DNA of 63,992 nt, filler included, from Dimargaris cristalligena (taxonomy: Eukaryota), in NCBI GenBank assembly GCA_003614675.1. It is 5 parts of 5 records of this genome, joined end to end, with 100 filler letters (N's around TTAATTAATTAA, not from the genome) between each part and the next. Parts side by side here need not be neighbours in the genome. Positions count along the whole stretch, not along the records: positions 26,005 to 38,881 come from ML003018.1; positions 38,982 to 51,857 come from ML003019.1; 3 more parts are not named here. One strand, given 5' to 3'. Numbering within the stretch: the stretch's first letter is position 1; every line of letters begins with the position of its first letter. The notes below the pieces were generated by a model. That model ran no database searches, was not told the origin of the DNA, and saw only the letters and a list, made by a program, of their open reading frames with translations. Of the stretch, positions 37,801-49,178 are shown in pieces. Position numbers and translations under genes: made by a program.

Positions 37801-38881
37801 TACGGGCTTCGGAGCCCACACTTCCGTCCAAACGCTGGTGGGCGTAGTTACGTAGACTAAGGTAATCCGACAGAATATCCAAGAGACGCACCATTTGGGA
37901 GAAGATCAGGACCCGATGTCCGCCAGCCTTGAGTCGGGTGAGTAACTTATCCAGCAGGACCATTTTTCCGCTATTCCGAACAAGACCCTTCAGCTGCTCC
38001 TGGGGCGATCCACCTACATCGGCTTCGGCGTTGGGGAAAAGGAACGGGTGGTTGGACGCCTTCTTCAGTTCCATGACAATGTTCAGCAGACTCATCTGGC
38101 TACCGCCCGAGGCCCCCTTATTCAGAACCTGGTAGTTCCGGGCCAAAATATTGCGGTAGTAGTGCATCTGAAGGGGTGCCAGTTCCACCCGCAGAATCCG
38201 TTCGATCTTCTGGGGTAGAGACTTCTCCACCTCCTTTTTAAGCCGACGTAACATGTAAGGTCGTAGTCGCTGGTGAAGGTCGCGAATTTTGTCCGGATCG
38301 GCATCGGCCACTTGGAAATCAAAATAGGCGTGTTCCTTATCGGTGAACTTATCGGGCATAAGGAAGTTACAGAGAGCGTACAACTCCTTGACGGAGTTTT
38401 GCAGGGGAGTACCGGTGACCAAAAGGCAGTTGGTAATATGGAAGGAGCGGAGGGTTTCCGAGAGCAGGGATTGGCTATTCTTGAGACGATGCGCCTCATC
38501 CACGGCCATGAAGGCCCAGCGGATACTACCCAGGAAATCGTGGTCCTTGAGTACTAGTTCGTAGGTGGTCAGAACTACGTTGAAAAGGATTTTCGGTTGG
38601 TTTTGGCGAATGGTGGCTAGTTCCTGAGCGGCGGGGGGTGCCCAGCGCGAATCGGGATAAATGGGGCGACCCGAGGCGTCCTTGGGCGGAACATAAAATT
38701 CGAACTGGCGGATAGCCTGCCGGGACCGATTATCGCCAATGTAGCAGAGTACGTTCATATCGGGTGCCCATTTGCGGAATTCACGCTCCCAGGCCATGAT
38801 AGTCGACAGCGGTACAACAACGAGATGGGGGCCAAACACGGATTGGGTGTGGAATAAATAAGAGATGAACGAAATGGTCTG
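34859..38881 (-). CDS. CHD1: CHD1 chromatin remodeller, 3' part (chromodomains lost in the gap)
   Basis: VVVPLST, DEAHRLKN, TGTPLQN, FLLSTRAGGLGINL, DWNPQNDLQAMARAHRIGQ, ELSAILKFGA, SANT/SLIDE (WGQKDDAMLLVG...GFGNWEKI), and C-terminal CHCT/DUF4208 (CKERMR...LWAFTTYFWP). Confidence 0.95.
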   Translation of the reverse strand, partial: QTISFISYLFHTQSVFGPHLVVVPLSTIMAWEREFRKWAPDMNVLCYIGDNRSRQAIRQFEFYVPPKDASGRPIYPDSRWAPPAAQELATIRQNQPKILFNVVLTTYELVLKDHDFLGSIRWAFMAVDEAHRLKNSQSLLSETLRSFHITNCLLVTGTPLQNSVKELYALCNFLMPDKFTDKEHAYFDFQVADADPDKIRDLHQRLRPYMLRRLKKEVEKSLPQKIERILRVELAPLQMHYYRNILARNYQVLNKGASGGSQMSLLNIVMELKKASNHPFLFPNAEADVGGSPQEQLKGLVRNSGKMVLLDKLLTRLKAGGHRVLIFSQMVRLLDILSDYLSLRNYAHQRLDGSVGSEARKKAIDQFNAPQSHDFVFLLSTRAGGLGINLTAADTVIIFDSDWNPQNDLQAMARAHRIGQTKTVSVYRFISKDTIEEDVIERAKRKMVLEYCIIKRMDTSGQSVLQSGSGRISLAAQAALKDMVGDKADALAQLLPTNKANSNQYFNKDELSAILKFGASNMFKESDNQKKLDDLDLDDILDRAEHHDTGATPEDGALGLQGDDFLNQFQVADYHVGDDEDGMADWDDIIPEDERRKVDEEAERERLQREEELYWSSRRRRRVVSYAEDGRDGGEAEGGGSASKGRGRAAARSGAAGSNNGPSGGDPHSLSEKELRSLYKALLKFGNIRTRFDAIVAESELADKERDLLESTYDELIAACEASSSQSKAKRPSAKGRARGGGSDDEGEGADLGDDDGDQDDEDHDAAGSTKKASASNRSATSITFRGVTNIQAPQLLQRIAELECLATQIGPLSNPTRFRLSVSLKPVHNWACSWGQKDDAMLLVGVYLYGFGNWEKIREDSQLGFTKKFFVGPMAKSGPGAPMTPTTSTTSASGSRTRPAAARAAAGAPKTIEAPKSSHLVRRAEYLLKILQTHVASAKAKKARVALSSRQTTLTGESTARRPSTTTTKRSRMTPGSAATGVGLSDSPPSRASKKSKLSASASRSNATPSRTTNSRANRGRRGRFNADESDGSDFEGAYPPNDEHTGSGDSTMSSNDRYYTKDRRGVSDGEDSHDHANGRRGSAAGDDGSDDDFGNHSRSNHRSKSKRSSEQSTGSSGSHRRTSRTSARGERGAVGGMASPSSNHRGRPSDGSDGDFDLSSPVKRSRRAYDERSSGGPSALARNGSSSRRSNTSSGSNRRSGHERSTSRGRGNANGSVGEPDYSHYDSMDDNDCKERMRAVRHELKKIRKDDPALSTGDKARHIRECIKSIGDHIEKCVQETRPATVSVTIDQANGCSNHEGNAPGEKLHRHLWAFTTYFWPRPVSPEKLQTIYKKMAE

Positions 38882-38981
38882 NNNNNNNNNNNNNNNNNNN
38901 NNNNNNNNNNNNNNNNNNNNNNNNNTTAATTAATTAANNNNNNNNNNNNNNNNNNNNNNNNNNNNNNNNNNNNNNNNNNNN
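38882..38981. other. Artificial contig linker
   Basis: N44-TTAATTAATTAA-N44. Confidence 0.98.
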
Positions 38982-38999
38982 GGTTTCAATAAAAAGGGT

Positions 39000-41010
39000 A
39001 AAAATAAATAGGGCAATGCCCAATACTACTATAGCCGTTTGGCTATATCACAACAGAAAAAGTCTAAAATAGACAGTACCTATCAACTATTAATAAAATT
39101 CACACGAGATCTAATTATGAATCTGTGAATATTACATTACCATGTGATAGTCTAGAGTTCCAATATACCCTGCATTTGAGTGTTGTTTCTTAGCTACCCG
39201 GCCCTACATATTGGCACTATATTAGCATTACCGGTGGCCCCTCTTACAAGTATACCATGTATTATTTAATTTATGTACTGGGACTATCGAGTATATACTT
39301 CAGCTGAGAAATATGATAGCCTACTAAGATAGTGTGATTGTATTTCTGCACAACTAGATTAATAATTGGAAGATATGATCTATTTATTCAACACAGACCA
39401 GTAGTGGAAACCCATCTATCACCCTCTCTACCACTCATTAAGTCCAATATTTTGGTTGATATGGATAGGCTGACATTTTAGTGACTTGATTTTCTTAGTT
39501 TTACCGGCCTCGGTCATTAATGTAATGAAGAGACCAATGTGCCGCCTCTACAATTGGCTTCAAATAAATTTGATGGGCTGGGGATCCTCCGTTAACAGGA
39601 TACTAGAAGTGTTGACAACTAATTTGACATTCCTTGGACACAAATTCAAGATGTGCCTATGCGATTTGAGCCAAATGTTGAGGTGGTGGTATTCTACGTT
39701 CACTTATATCTAGAATTAAGAGTCCAACTCTAACTAACCGCTCATCCTTAAACCTGGCCAAGCATTACTGCCCTAGCCATAATATGTTGAATCTATTAAT
39801 TATGATGTGAAGTTGACTCAGAGAGTGTAGAGTAAAATATATGGGTAATAGTTCTTCGGGATCAAGTGTTTTCACATCAGTTGTTGGCAGAGTGGTCCAA
39901 GAATTGACGCGTCTTAATTTTGCCCCAACCGTCCTATTGTCTATTTGATATTGTCTAAATCCGATCTAGGAGCCAATTTTAGGGATTTAATGTGCTCTGT
40001 TATTTGGTATGGCCATTATAGCTTACGGTCAGTATAGATGGGGTCCGTAAAGTCACCTACGTATTGTGCTGGTTGTTGTGTGATATAAAAGAGATGGCTT
40101 AAGTCCTTAATCATTTAATACATAATATATTTTTATAAAATTTCTGTATCATCTTAGTTTTCCTTAATGAATCTTACCTATATCTGATAACCGTTGATAC
40201 CAACCGATTCCGAGGCAAGAAAATACAATACTCCGCTAGAGTACCACCCTCATCACCCTACATACGATAGCCCTTGTCGAGAATCCCGAGCCAGAAAGTA
40301 AAATACGGTATTGTGCAAGCATTAGTGGCATTATTAGAGTCGTCTAACTATGTTCAGATCTGGCAAACACTATCTGCAACTACCAAAAGCACCTATTCGA
40401 TTTTGTCAATATAATTTGAGTGTATTTCTCCTTTGTATTATTTAAGTCATACCTGTGCATAGTTGAAGGACTTGGATAAATTATTAAGGATATGTCCTTA
40501 CATCAGAATAGACTGTGGTTACTTTATTTGGGGCCGGCCCTAATATAATAAGCCGACGTGTCGCCCAATCGGGGAGCCAGATAGATATATAGGCCCTCTC
40601 TAAACTAAATAAATATGTCACCAATTATTACAATACTAAGCCGATATTTTCGCAATTCTGTTGACTCTGTGTTGGTGAAAGCGATATCAAAGTGATGAGC
40701 TTACCGTTGAATTGCCATGTAATTTGACAGGTGCTATGAGGTCCACTCCCATTTTAGTAACAATTATTATAGAGATACTTTTTAGTAAGGCGTAAGGAAG
40801 GTTGGCGTGACTGTCATAATCAGCTTTAGCGAAGCGATAATTCCGAAACAATTATTCCCATGTTAAAATACATATACAGCGACACTTTTTCTGAGGCCAT
40901 CTATTGTCAGTTAGACCGCTAAGTACCGTCGAGCGACACCAACTTCCTAGCCATTATCATGTTTGCGAAAACGACCAGGGTTAATGCGCAGTCTGATGCT
41001 GGCCCTGTGG
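39000..41010 (-). pseudogene. Possible decayed secreted-protein gene
   Basis: TATAAATA at 41196-41189, signal-like remnant CALTLVVFANMIMA (~40991-40950) and protein-like fragments broken by stops. No family identified. Confidence 0.2.
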
Positions 41011-42696
41011 TGACAATGTTGTAAATATTGGGATGTTTAACTAAACGAGAGTAGTGAATAGGCGATGGATATGAATGGTTGGGGTGGGTTGGTTGTCGGG
41101 GAGTGTGGTAAGAAAGGGTGGCTGTGGAATTGTAATGCTTAATTGCTGTGGGTATGAATTGAAATCACTTGAGAGGGGATTTCGACGGTATTTATATTTG
41201 ATTTTAGCAATAGCATGGCGTAAGGGTGACCATGGGAAGGTTGTCAATAAACGCTTCTGGAAGCCCCGGTATCTAGTGAAAGAGTCGAAACCCTTTGTGC
41301 CAATTCTATAATCATACTCACTTCACGCATTAATTTGGGCGACTATCCGCTATCCAATTTTTGTAATCGAATTAAACGTATGACTAGCAATAACCATTAT
41401 TCGATTAGGCCATTAATTGACAATTCGAGTACACAGTCAGAAATTCGCACTTTCCTAGAAGGCAGGTCTGGCACTGGTCGATAGGAATAGTGTATATACC
41501 GTATTCAAACCACGTTCATATTGGTCACAGACGAGTCTTCTAAACTAATATCGAACAAGAAATATGCCTCCGGCCATAGCACTTGTTGATATATTAACCA
41601 CCAGGACGTGTGATTCTTGAACATGAAGTGAACTAATAGTGTTCTACATTCAACGTTTTTGAATGGCTGATTGACCTAAGTGAACCAAAACGAGTATCAT
41701 AGAACTTATTGAACGGGAATATGAGCTAGGAAATCTTACAACGGGTTTGCCCATTGGTGACCGTCAGTGTACTTGTTCGTCAATAGTGCTATACTGAATA
41801 CTCTCAATTAAATTGGTTCCTAGATAGGATAATCTAGAGATTGGAATAACTCAAAAGCGTCAAATATATGGGATTAGTATGAACTTCGAGAAATGTAACT
41901 ATTCGAAAAGCCACATTCACATTTGCTATAGAATATTGCAGTATTAAGGCCTCATTGCAATATATTCGTGGCGTTTTGTGAATGTCGAACTCCACCATAC
42001 ATTGACTCGCCAGTCATGTTAATAAGACTACCATATTTAGGTGGGGCGGCCAAGGCTGGTACTTAGCCAATCCGTAATTTCCGAGCCGCCCTAACTACGT
42101 CTTTAAAGCGCGGGAACACAATGACCAGTAAGGCTCATCAGTGTGTTCTTTTATTCTCTCGTTTACTAACTCGATACCAGTGTTCCAAATTCGCTATTTA
42201 ATATCTATATGGTATTCCTGTATTCATCGAGAATTTCTCCAATAGCAAAGATACCATTCAAATAGTCTAGCGACCCCCGTTTCTCGTAAGTAGCACACAT
42301 AATCGCATGGCTTTTGATCTCCTAAGGACATTAGCCTGAAAAACTACCCGAGGGTAGCAGCCGACCCTTGACGATGGACCCATCTATCGTATGGAGGCTA
42401 CATGAATCGTTCGGCTATCGGGGCCTTAATCTCTTATTCGAATTTGAATGGCGCGAAAGAGAAGCGTATACGTTAATGTTTTATATTAATGATTCGCGGT
42501 GATGGAATAAAGTAATAGTTTATATATATATCATATTTAACATCTACCAAATCGGTTCATAATAAGGTGGGTTTGGTAATGGAAGTAGTAAAAGCAATAA
42601 ACACATTGTGCACACAGACACGTACAAGCATCCATATCAACCCGCTTCTTCAGCGAATAAAAGGGTGGACTGTGAAGGTAAAGAAAGGCAAAACCG

Positions 42697-45600
42697 CTAT
42701 TCAAACTCCGAGTAGTTGCTATCATTATCGTCGTCGTCGGCATTACCGTTATTATTATTATTACTAGTATTATAGACCTCGGCCTCATCGTCGGGCTGGT
42801 CCGAATCATCGAAACGTTGGCGCTTTCGTTGGACGGCGGGTGTCGACCTTTCCATTCGACGACCGCCACCAGCGGAGGTTGTCCGGTGGGCGGCTAACGC
42901 TGGCTCCATAGTATTTGACCGCCCGCGTTTTCGGGCCGGATGGCTGTCGCTTCTCCGAGAAGAAGAGGTGGTCCGATTCGTAGAGGTGGGTGCACCGGTT
43001 TTCCTTTTTCGGCGTCGGCGATGCCCCCCCAATGAATGACCACTACCACCCCGAGCGGCCCGTCGACTGTCGGGATCCGAATCGGATACCACAAAATGGT
43101 CGCAGTCCTGCACATCGATTAAATTATCGTCGTCGTCTAAAATATCTTCCAGGGCAGCCTCTTCGGCATGGTCGTCGACATCCCAGGCCCGCTGCTGGCG
43201 CGTTCGGCGGGGCCGACCTTTGACCGTTTTGGCGGCGGCTGACCGTCGGGATCGACGACTCCGGCGGCTGGATTGAACATCGTCGGCATCTGAATCACCG
43301 GCGGAACCGACACTGGCCTGATCGCTATCCTCGTCCGATGACTCTTCTGCATCATCAGGCAAGTCGGCATCGCTATCCGGCTCACTCGTCGATTGATCCT
43401 GCGTATCCACTTGGGGGCCTTTACCATTTTGCTGTGCCACAAAACGGCCTCTACTGGACTCGTCGTACTCGTCCAAGTTCCAATCCAAAGTCAGACCACC
43501 GTTGCTATGACCAGGCAAAAGATCACGTAATTGAGTCCGGAGCTCCTCTCCGAAAACCCCAACTAATTTTTTGGCGAGTTTTGGAATGGGGGTATGCGGT
43601 TTGTTGAATAAATGGGCGTCCTCGGATATCAATTTAACGTCAAATTCAACGGCCTAATCCGATAAATCAATATATTGGTGCAGTATATCCCAAAAATAGG
43701 AGAATAATATATTGGACCAAGGTTAGTTACCATAATATACAACAATGGCAGGTTGTGAAAACAACCTCTTAAGAAGGGATACAATTGGTGAGGCTGGACT
43801 ACATGGCATTTAAACTTACTTGAACGTGTCGATAAAAGTTCCGCTGTAGGCGGTCCAGAATAGCCGATAGGCACATGGGATAGGCGACTGACTCAGTGTA
43901 ATAGGGGTACTCGGCCAAATCAACGTGATCCACGAATATATCGTACCGGGGCATGTCGGCGAAAGTCTCTACCAAATCCACCAACTTTTGCACCACTGGT
44001 GCGGGCATCCTTTCCCAAGCTGGATTTGGCCGCAAGGGTGAAAGTAGGGTAGCGGAGGTCGAATGAGATGCTGGTGGGTCAGCCGCCCGTGTGATACCTT
44101 GTCCTTCGTCCTTGAAATCGCCATCGTCATCGTCGTTGCCGTCCGAATCAGACTCAATCTTTAGTTTTGAGCGCCATTGTGGGGGCTGGGCGGGGGACAG
44201 TGGTTGATGCGGCTCGGGTGCCTTTAGCAACTCCCAGGGGCTAAGCCATTCGGGGGACTGGCTCGGTGGGCACCACTGGACCTTCCACTGTTGCCACAAA
44301 TCGGCCACTCCGGAAGAATCGGTGTCAGAGTTGATATCACTGGGCCCTTTCCCTTCGATAATGATGGCGCGGTAAGTCTCATCGTCGGTAAACAGAGCCA
44401 TAACTGAATCGCCCACCGCAAAAGACTGACCCAGAGCCAAACGGTAGCGGGATAGGAGCACGATAAAATCCGGGCAGGAATCGGTATCATGGAACTCCAC
44501 CTTAAAGCGCCGAGCCAGTCGGGTGTAGGGTGGATGAGTGTAAATATCGGCCGACTCGGCATCACTATTCGGATCAGGCTGCTCTGAGGAATCTGGGTCA
44601 CCACTAGCATTATCCGGGGTATCTTTCTTCAGGCCGGATTGGGGGTCAAGGGGCAATTGGCCGGGTTCGACAGAGACTGCTTGAATAGTAACCGAACACC
44701 AGGTAGGCGGCCCTACGTGGTACTTAATAATAAGCACTTGCCCAAATACTGTGTGGCCCATATCCGAGTACTTGCGCCAGGGCAACTGTGGGGTTTGGAA
44801 CCGCTGAGCCAGGGGACTGGTTTGGAGAAATTCGCGGTGACCCTCCGGGAAGTAGGCCACCAAATCACCAATCTGGGGCTTATATGGGATGATATGGGGG
44901 TCGTTATCACTCACCCAGGAAGTCAGTCCGGAAATGGGACTTGCGTTAGCCGACTCCATGGCCCCGGACTTTGCTTTGGCTTGACCATGCGTTCGACCAC
45001 CATTAAGGATAGGGTCTTCTTTGTCGGTTTCGCCGGCATCAGAGACATCAGAAACACCAGAGGCCACGCGGATGGCCTTGGGCGGGTGATTTGGTTCACT
45101 CTCTGCGCCTGAGGACGGCCCATCACTGGCAAGTACCTTCGCCCGCCGTTCGCGCAAGTTCACTTTAATTTTAAGCGATGGCTCAGCAGTGGATGCACCG
45201 CTGCTGGAAAGGTGCATCGATGTGCCATTAGGGCGAGTTCCGGATGGCTCTGGCTTGGTGCTGGGACCCGCAATGTCCTCGGCCTCTGAATCGGAATCCA
45301 GTTGGGGTTGTTTACCACGGCGTTTACTTGTTGTGATAGTGGGTGGTGAAGCGGGTGTTTCCTCGTCAGCTTCGGAATCGGTGTAAATTTGGGCATTCCA
45401 AGCAAACCGGGTGGGGGCTGCTTCCCCGGCACTGTCTTCCACGACTTCCGTTTCCGCCGCATTGGATTCGGCGATGTCCCCATCACTTAACTGGATCACG
45501 GGTTCGGAGTCGGATGACTCGTGGTACGACAGATGAGTTTGTCCGCGCCGAAGCCGAGCGGCCCGTCGAGCCGCATTATTACGACCCCCTCTATGGGAAT

Positions 45601-48600
45601 AGGACTCAGACCCGCTCGAATTGCTGATACTGTCGGCATCATCAAGTTCCTCGCTGTAACGGGTGGAGCGTGCTTGGCGAAGCGCGTTAAAGCCACGCCG
45701 CGAACGCCCAACGGTTGATGAACGATGGCGCTCGAGGTGACCCGAGATGGATTCGTCGCTGAAATGGCCCCGTTCATCGTCGTCATAATGGTCGAACCCA
45801 TTGTCCTCCATAGCCTCATCGTCGACGAAAGCGGAAGAGAACCCGTGGCGATGCCGCCCGTACATTTGGCTTTCCGAGGCCTCCGACCCCGATTCGCCCC
45901 CCGACATGGAACCCTCAAAATCCTCGTCGTCCTCATCGTCGGGAAGCGGGTAAATGGGTGCTTCAATAGCCATGGCATCTTCGGTTGGATCGGCGTCCGT
46001 AGTGCGGGATTGGGGGCCGTGGAGGGCGCCTCGCCAGGAAATATTACCCGCTCGCTTCATTTTAACCGGTGCACAGGCAATCACCGCCGTCACCAGTTCT
46101 TCGGATTCCGGGGTGTCCAACTCGTGGTGGAGCTGCATGAGGCGACCGAGGTCCTTCTGTTCAAATACGCCGCTGGTTGGCTGGATGGGGAAATTGAGTC
46201 CATATCCGGCGGGTTTCTGTGCTGCGTATTCACGGCCATCAAAATCCATTACCGGTCCCTTGGGCATCAAGTGGGGAGCAATCTGTGACTGTGCGTCAAC
46301 GACATTAAGGTCGGTGTCCAATTGAGTCGGTGCATAGTCCCCTAAAAACATTTGCGATTTGAATTGCCGGCTCTGAACATACTGGGCCGGATTAAACCCA
46401 AGCCCAAATAAGATGCAGGTACCCGAGTCATCAGTGACTGCAAACTGATGACCATCTTGGGAAAACCGGCCATCCAAGAACCGATGTTCGGGGTATATAA
46501 ACTCCCGGAGCTTGGTCCCCTCGACAATGTCCCATAGAATAACCCGGCCATCGTAACCAGCCGTCATTATCAGTCGCTCGCAAAAGGGATGTGTATCCAC
46601 CACAAAGACCTCATCAGCATGTCCTTTTAAGTGAGCATGCACTTCACCAGTGATGGCATTGAAAACCTAAAGAAATGGGGAGGGGGCAACATTAAAATAA
46701 AAAATGGTGTGTAAGTATAAAGAAAATAGGAGTGCCTTGCCTTCTGTAAAAGTTCCAGTACCGACCCCACTAAATGTAAACTGGACACCTAATGTATATA
46801 ACATAGGTTTGACACCTGGGTGTACACATACCCATGCAAATAATCGTATGTCCAGCGAAAACCTACCTTAGTTGTACCGAATGCAGCTGCCACGATGGCA
46901 TAGTTGTCATCAATCGACCAAATGGCCATGGTGATGGGGAACGGCTTGTTGGACAATAATGTGGGCCGGGCCGTCGTTGACTCGTCGCCGGGGGGATGTG
47001 AGTCGACTGGGCCCGTAGTTTCCACTGAGGCCTCTCGGGTCGTCCCAGCCACACTTTCAGGAACTGGGTCGAGGTTCTGTGCGGAAACGACCGTTGGAGT
47101 GGAACCAGGGGGAAGTGAGATCATAGTGTCCTCCACAATTTTGAGGCGGGTGTTCCGCATATCAAGAGCAATGGAGGACCACGATTTGGCCCGATGGTCG
47201 AAGGACCAGATCCGCGCCGTGCCGTCCACTGAACTGGACATCAGTTGGTTACCGCTGTGGGCGTATAGAAGAGCAGATACATCCCCTGTATGCCCTTCCA
47301 GACGAGCGACTAGCTTAGGAGCGACCAGTCGCCGTCCCTCGAGATGGTCGTCAGGAAAGTCCTGACAACGGCTTTTCATTGATTTAAATGACGACCCCCG
47401 ACGGGATGTAGAACTACTAGGATAAGGCGAGGCATTGGTGTTGGTGGTTCGTGCCTCGTAGAATGATCGCCGAGCCGAAATATCAAGGTCCTCGGCAGTT
47501 AAATCAGCCACAGTAGAGAAAATTCGAATCACCCGGTCTGTGCCCGAAACAGCGAAATGAGATCCCGTCTGATTAAAAGCGGCACACTGAAGGCTGTCCC
47601 GCGGGTTAGACCGACAATCAATGATATGCGGTTGAGTCGCGAAAGTGAGGTGCCTTCGGGACCAGGGCCATAGTCGGATATGTCCATCTTGACCAGCGGC
47701 TAGTAAGTAGCGGGCCTCGGGAATCGGGGAAGGTGAGAATAACATGCTAGTAACAGTTTTGCGCTACAACAGAGGCGAATGAGGAGTGGTCATGATATAT
47801 ATATATATATATTGAATATTAGGTATAGATCAAAATAAAATAATAACTTAAAATGCAATTTTTTACATATATGATAGTATAAACAAGAAACGCAAACAAA
47901 ACCGTGAGAGGCGGATCAGCAGCAGTCCCAGTCGGCTGATGGTTAATGAATAATAATAGTCAGTGGTATATTATAACTTACCGATCCAGTTCCCCGGGAG
48001 GGAAATACGACCACCGGGACACCCGTTCGGAGGGAATAGACGCGAATTACACCATCGTTTGCGGAAGTGGCCAGGAGCGAATTCTCACTGTTAATAGCCA
48101 TATCGGTTATAGCATCGTGCTGCCCACGAAGGGTATTGATAAGGTACCCCGTACGGGAACAGAATATTTTAACCAGGAAATCGTCACTCCCCTAGTGGCA
48201 TGTAAAAATAAAATGTATATACATATATAAGGGAGAGAAGAGCACCGCAAGGATATTTAGTATAAAAAAATAAGTGTAATAAAGCCAATTTTGCTGATCT
48301 GCATGAACTAAAGGAAAGAAGTAATGCTTGGATCCTTACCGTAATGAGACGAAGCCCAGTGGCATCGAACGCAACACAATATGAGGCGAAGCGGTGACCC
48401 GTTATCGACACCAACTCTTCATAGCTCTTCAAAGCCGAAACAGGCCAGGGAGATGCGACCGATTGACCATGAAGCCGGAGTCTGGCCAAGGGATCAAGGC
48501 GGTGGCGATTGGCGGACCGAGAAGGGTGGATGACATCGCTAGCACCCAGTAATGTGGTTAGCGAATACTGGATATTGGTTGGATCCGGACTAGACCCCAG

Positions 48601-49178
48601 AGCAGGGACTTTAGTAGCAGAAATTAAAAGATCTAGAAGATGTGAAGGTGTGACATGGGGAAGTTGTCGGACCTGGAATATAGGCAATTGGCATCGTGGT
48701 TTATATATTCATGTAGGGACATGGGTTAGGAATAGTTCATAGCAGGAATTTCGGTCAGGAGATCGCAGGATTGGGCTGCGGTATATGATCTGAGTTCGAA
48801 CACAAATCATAATAGTAAATTGGGAGGGGGGCTATACATAAATACGGTCGGTAGCTTACCAATTCAGTGTAGGACTGGGGATGGGGTTTACCGAGCCAGT
48901 CATACCGAACAGGGAACAGGCCGGGTCGGGATTGAAATACGGACTCTAGAGAATTGCGAAGTGTCGGATCAGTCTCATCTTTGAGGAAATGAAGGATCAA
49001 GAACACCAACTATACGCAGGCAAGGGCAAAAAAAGGGAAGGATATGGGGGACACTAGGTTAAGAAAAGATATTGGGAAAATAAGAGCGGCTTCTGACCAA
49101 TATAATTCGAATCAACGTACAGGTTAGAAAATTTAAGTTACCTCTTTGAAAATAGAATTGGTAGGTAGACGAAACCAT
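42697..49178 (-). CDS. BRWD1/PHIP-like WD40 + cryptic Tudor + bromodomain protein. Exons 49178-49142(?), 49009-48860, 48672-48340, 48191-47982, 47763-46867, 46666-43820, 43653-42697
   Basis: PHIP-like N-terminus (LVFLILHFL...PVRYDWLGKPH), ITGSDDFLVKIF, HLKGHADEVFVVDTHP, QMFLGDYAP, PQIGDLVAYFPEGH, PDFIVL, WLSPWEL, and bromodomain VDLAEYPYY..VAYPMCL..I..RL..NFYR...DAHLFN. First exon uncertain. Confidence 0.9.

Noticed and set aside
42075..42145. Hammerhead-like CTGATGAG...GGAAA on the minus strand
   Set aside because: Stem II does not close directly onto GAAA, and I found no stems I/III.
49010..49062. U12-type intron suggested by ATATCCTT and TTTCTTAAC on the minus strand
   Set aside because: The motifs are in the wrong order for one intron, and the implied AT-AG intron would be only ~36 nt.
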